38,546 bases of DNA, taken from Trichomonas gallinae (Eukaryota). Below, in pieces: positions 34,568 to 38,546 of this stretch; the first letter of the stretch is position 1; every line of letters begins with the position of its first letter. The position numbers and the translations under genes were made by a program. The stretch is taken from contig MRSU01002557.1 in assembly GCA_008369845.1 (NCBI GenBank), forward strand, positions 1-38,546. Reading direction: 5' to 3'. The notes beneath the pieces are model-generated. The model was not told the origin of the DNA. It saw only the letters and a program-made list of their open reading frames with translations, and did not search any database.

Positions 34568-35122
34568 TTAGAAATATAACCCGAAGTCCTTTGTTGTTTC
34601 TGAGGATCTCTTGAGTGGAGATTTCAATTTTTGTTTTAATGTTGTTTCTTCGTTTGTTTCTTTCATGAATAATGAATCTTCTTCAATGTCATCGAGTTTA
34701 GCACTTTCATTGTATGATGTTTCCGTGTATTTACTGTGTTTTGATGTATCATAAATTCTTTGCGGCGGCAAATCTAAATCTGGCGCTAATTTTTTGAGCT
34801 CTCCACTATCCACCATACGTAAATACAAGTGGTGGCACTGATAGCCAACTCTGCCCGGTATATTTCTAGCAAATAAGCCCCAATGCGAATTTATTTTTGG
34901 CGTTTTCCTCAAAGCTTCGACAAAAAGCTTCTTTTCTTCATCTGACCATGATCCATTCTTTCTCGTTTCATTCGGCAGAACGTGTCTGTAGAAAAATCCG
35001 TTTGGATTCGCTTCCATTTGATCCCATGAATCTTTTTTGCATTGTGTCCACGAATCATAATCAGCTGGCTTCGGGAATGTTTCCTTTACTTGTGGTGATT
35101 CTTCACTATTTTCACCTTCCAT
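34568..35122 (-). CDS. Myb/SANT-like DNA-binding domain protein
   Basis: NPNGFFYRH..GSWSDEEKKLF..WGLFARNIPGRVGYQC. ATG 35122 follows Inr TCATTTTT (35142-35135). Confidence 0.88.
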   Translation of the reverse strand: MEGENSEESPQVKETFPKPADYDSWTQCKKDSWDQMEANPNGFFYRHVLPNETRKNGSWSDEEKKLFVEALRKTPKINSHWGLFARNIPGRVGYQCHHLYLRMVDSGELKKLAPDLDLPPQRIYDTSKHSKYTETSYNESAKLDDIEEDSLFMKETNEETTLKQKLKSPLKRSSETTKDFGLYF

Positions 35123-35466
35123 GAAAAAAAAAACAAAAATGAAATATTGTCCCCTCATTAAATAAAACAGACCCATATTAAATAATGAAATCGAAAAAAT
35201 CTTGATAATAAAACAGTTTCAATTAATAATGATATGAGAAAATATATAATATTCGATGAAGTTAATAGATATATAGAATCGAAATTTATCATTCCCTATC
35301 ATTTTATTGATTGAAATTTTCAGATTTCAAAAATTTCATATATGGATGTTTATCTTCCAATAAACCCTTGGGCTATGGTTCATTTACTGCCATCTATAAA
35401 TATATAATATATAAAATTTATAACTCAAAAATCAAACAATTTATTGAAAAACAAGGGTGAAATTAG

Positions 35467-36096
35467 TTAAACTTGACTGTAATTATCTGTAATAGGACGT
35501 TTCTTGTCAAAATCTGGCATTTCATTGATTCCACCGGTTAAATGAACAGTCCATAAGATAATCGTAGTAATAATGTTGAGGAAACAATGCGTGAACTGGC
35601 TGTAAGCCATTCCACGATAAATTTTTCCCTTGTGCAAAGCAATTGCACGAGCACACGACCATTCTTTTTGTTGTGGACATAGTGTAGTGTTGATTGATTC
35701 TTGATAATTGATGCCGCAGCATAATAATTCGGACATAATTTTTTGTCTGCTTGAATCGAATTCTTTTGAGTTCCAAATTTTTCCTTTTGTAGAAATATAA
35801 CCAACGGGATCAATCATGTAGCCAATAGAGAAGTTCCAGATAAGAAAAGTTACGAAAGCTGTCAATGCTGTTGCAGAAAGAGGATAATAGTATACCTCTT
35901 TGAATCTGTATCCGAAGAATATCGCACCTTGTATGAAATAAGACATAGGAAGTAAAAGACTGTATAACGTGAAATCTCCAAGCAACATCGGAAGTCCTCC
36001 AAGAGACATCTGTCCAATATCGCCAATAACTTCTATTAAATTGTAAAATGCAAGTGAAAGCAACGCAATTAATGAGAAATAGAAAGGTTTATCCAT
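35467..36096 (-). CDS. Tetraspanin-like protein
   Basis: Three N-terminal TM segments, loop with CCG plus two further Cys, fourth TM, short tail ending YSQV. Confidence 0.75.
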   Translation of the reverse strand: MDKPFYFSLIALLSLAFYNLIEVIGDIGQMSLGGLPMLLGDFTLYSLLLPMSYFIQGAIFFGYRFKEVYYYPLSATALTAFVTFLIWNFSIGYMIDPVGYISTKGKIWNSKEFDSSRQKIMSELLCCGINYQESINTTLCPQQKEWSCARAIALHKGKIYRGMAYSQFTHCFLNIITTIILWTVHLTGGINEMPDFDKKRPITDNYSQV

Positions 36097-36315
36097 AAAT
36101 GAAATTTTTGTTAAATAAACACTAAAATTGACATGATATAATATTGTTTGTCATGTAAAATAGTTTTATGATTTGTAAAATTATTTGACATGTAAAACAG
36201 ATTGTTGTTTTGTAAATTGTCAGACAAACCGTTTCTGATGTAATGGAATTCAATAAAATAAGGTTATCTGATTCTATGCGGTTTTTTGTCATGTAAAGAC
36301 AAAAATTTTCACAAA

Positions 36316-37227
36316 ATGTTTTATTTGTTTCCTTTTTATTCACTGCAAGCTCAAACAAAGCGCTGTGCAATTGGATTCCAAGGATCTAATGCCACACTAT
36401 ACAAATTTCGCAAACTATCGAAGAAACATGTATTATTTCAGCCAGATGATTTTCATCCTTTTCTGCTTTTGTCGACGGACGTTGAAACTGATATACCAAC
36501 TGAATTACACTGCGACTGTAACGATGAGCGACTTTCTACACATGGTTTACCTTGCAGAGTTGATTGCGCAATTAAATATTTTTACTACAATCTCTCAGAA
36601 CCTTGGTTTTTCTTAGGTGGTGATGATGATTGGATGAATTTCAATGCACTAGGCCGTCTTCTTAACGCTTTAGAAGAAAATTATGATCCTTTAACTACAA
36701 AAATCTTTGCTGGAAACCTACAACAGATGAATAACGTAAGCTTCCCACATGGAGGCCCCGGTTGGCTTGCATCGAGGCATTTTATCAAAACATTTCTCGA
36801 GGCTAATTTTTCTGTCGAACAAACTTCTAACAGAGAGAAATGGATCACAGATGATGTGGCAATGGGTGTAATTCTACGAGAGAATTACACAAATTTGCGA
36901 TTCTGGGCAAATCCTTGGTCATTAGTCGCTTTGCCGCATCCCATATGGATGAAAGTGTTCCAGACAAGGTCATGGACTGATCTTGGAGAATGCAAGCATG
37001 ATGTTCAAAGAGCAAGTGTAAGAGATTTAATAACTGTTCACGTGACTCCTTATAATCCAAAATGGGTTGATTTATTGGATGTATTTGCCGAAGCTCCCTC
37101 ATATGTTAAGATTCAGACCGTAAAATATGTTCAGTCTGAATTTTGTATTTGTACTTCAAAATGGTGCGATTTACAAATCAACAAAGAGTCAGTTATGAAG
37201 AGGCTTCGTCCTGAAACCGAATTATAG
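36316..37227 (+). CDS. GT31/Fringe-like glycosyltransferase
   Basis: WFFLGGDDDWMN (DxD), FPHGGPGWLASR, TDDVAMG, ITVH; hydrophobic N-terminus from ATG 36316. Confidence 0.8.
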   Translation: MFYLFPFYSLQAQTKRCAIGFQGSNATLYKFRKLSKKHVLFQPDDFHPFLLLSTDVETDIPTELHCDCNDERLSTHGLPCRVDCAIKYFYYNLSEPWFFLGGDDDWMNFNALGRLLNALEENYDPLTTKIFAGNLQQMNNVSFPHGGPGWLASRHFIKTFLEANFSVEQTSNREKWITDDVAMGVILRENYTNLRFWANPWSLVALPHPIWMKVFQTRSWTDLGECKHDVQRASVRDLITVHVTPYNPKWVDLLDVFAEAPSYVKIQTVKYVQSEFCICTSKWCDLQINKESVMKRLRPETEL

Positions 37228-37521
37228 AGATTTTTAAATAAAATTGTTTGTTATTTTTGTTTCTATCCAATTTCATTGTTATTTTATATACAATTGCTCC
37301 ATAATAAATAGATATATATCCTAAATTAACAAGTTATAATATGAATAATTAATTTGCAAAAAATTATTAAAGATAGATAAGTTGTTTATAAACAAAATGA
37401 TAAATCTATTATAGTATAGCATTGTGCTCTTATGTTAATGATAGAAAAGTTAGAAATAAAATTTTCCAAAAAATATAAAGAAATTGCATTAAGAATTCGT
37501 GAGAATATTATCCATTGTTCT

Positions 37522-38058
37522 TCATTTCTTTGTTAAAAACATGCTAATTGTGGTTTGCTTTGCAGATTGCTGTTTATAAGATGGTTTTGGAACCAATCCA
37601 GGTGTTGATGGTGCAACAGGCTTCTTTGTGTACTGACTTGGTGGAGCAATGTTAAACTTATCGTTTTGTCCAACATGAATTTCAACAGATTTTTGTTCTG
37701 ATGTGATTTTGAATGGGTTATATTCGTCAAATGACTGAGTTTCGAATGGAAACATCTTTGGTTCTTCATTATTTTCGATAACTGGATAATTTTTGAAGTG
37801 TTCGTAAGTTTTCAAGACCCATGGATCATCAGTTTTCGATGCAGCATCGAGAACTCTGCGATATGCAGACTCAATCTTAGAAAATTGTTCTTCATCAAGA
37901 AAAAGAACTGTTTGAAGATAACAACATTTGATATGTGACGGTAAGTTTGGGAATTCATACAAAATATCAATCAAAATATCCGGTGTAAGTCTTTTCGCGA
38001 CTTCTTCAAGACCTCTTGGCTCTAGAAGTTGCCTATTTAGCAGTTGTATTTCATTCAT
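37522..38058 (-). CDS. NELF-A N-terminal domain-like protein
   Basis: VAKRLTPDILIDI..FPNLPSHIK..VLDAASKTDDPWVLK..KNYP parallels the NELF-A N-terminus as I recall it. Confidence 0.65.
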   Translation of the reverse strand: MNEIQLLNRQLLEPRGLEEVAKRLTPDILIDILYEFPNLPSHIKCCYLQTVLFLDEEQFSKIESAYRRVLDAASKTDDPWVLKTYEHFKNYPVIENNEEPKMFPFETQSFDEYNPFKITSEQKSVEIHVGQNDKFNIAPPSQYTKKPVAPSTPGLVPKPSYKQQSAKQTTISMFLTKK

Positions 38059-38546
38059 TGATTCTTGAGAAAATTTTGGTAAATTGTCATGTAATTATTT
38101 TTACGCGTCAAGTTTATTATTTCTTGAACATATTAAGATTTGTATTATCTTGTTACAACTTTTCGGTTTCATATTAACTACTTTCAGGGATAATGGTAGA
38201 TGATATGTTTCAAAACAATATATATCATTTTCGAAGAAAAACATAATCGAGTTTGATATTCATTGCTTTGAGAATGGTATATTTGGATCAATCTTTATAT
38301 TTTTTAATATATATTTCTGATCAATAAGATATTTCAAATATATTTTCTGAATTACAATATGCAATAAGGCTATAAAAATATTATGGGTTGTATAATAAGT
38401 TTACATACCATTTAGAAGCTTATCGATAATATATAATTATAACATCATATCGAAGTGGTTTTATTATTTTAAAGAAATATTGATGAATATAGAAGTATTA
38501 CACTTTGAAAATATATGTTTGAGTATGTTAGGTGTAATTAGATCGA

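Noticed and set aside
38200..38546. Possible relic of an ankyrin-associated domain gene
   Set aside because: Only a few suggestive residues across frameshifts; not supportable.

Overview
AT-rich, gene-dense eukaryotic DNA with no recognisable introns, most consistent with a trichomonad (Trichomonas vaginalis or a close relative). Evidence: a cpn60 with a short hydrogenosomal-type presequence ([13 protein letters not shown]), TCA(T/C)T initiator motifs close to start codons, TAAA poly(A) signals overlapping several stop codons, and decayed gene-family relics between genes. About 21 intact CDSs are supportable, including cpn60, a class I HDAC, BOP1/Erb1, an importin-beta-like protein, PAC2, a BET-type bromodomain protein, Myb, tetraspanin, a GT31 glycosyltransferase, a ubiquitin-like protein and a divergent Sec23/24. 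Most interesting non-obvious signals: (1) a ~215-nt nested multi-stem RNA structure beginning at the stop codon of a Cys/His-rich gene; (2) a TGTCRYGTAAA motif that recurs, often as dyads or ~31-bp arrays, upstream of several genes in a consistent orientation; (3) a NELF-A-like gene; (4) divergent HP1-like and Spt7/TAF8-like chromatin genes flanking the HDAC; (5) a bromodomain gene whose first helix seems to need a TTG start. All homology calls are by-eye motif recognition, not database results.
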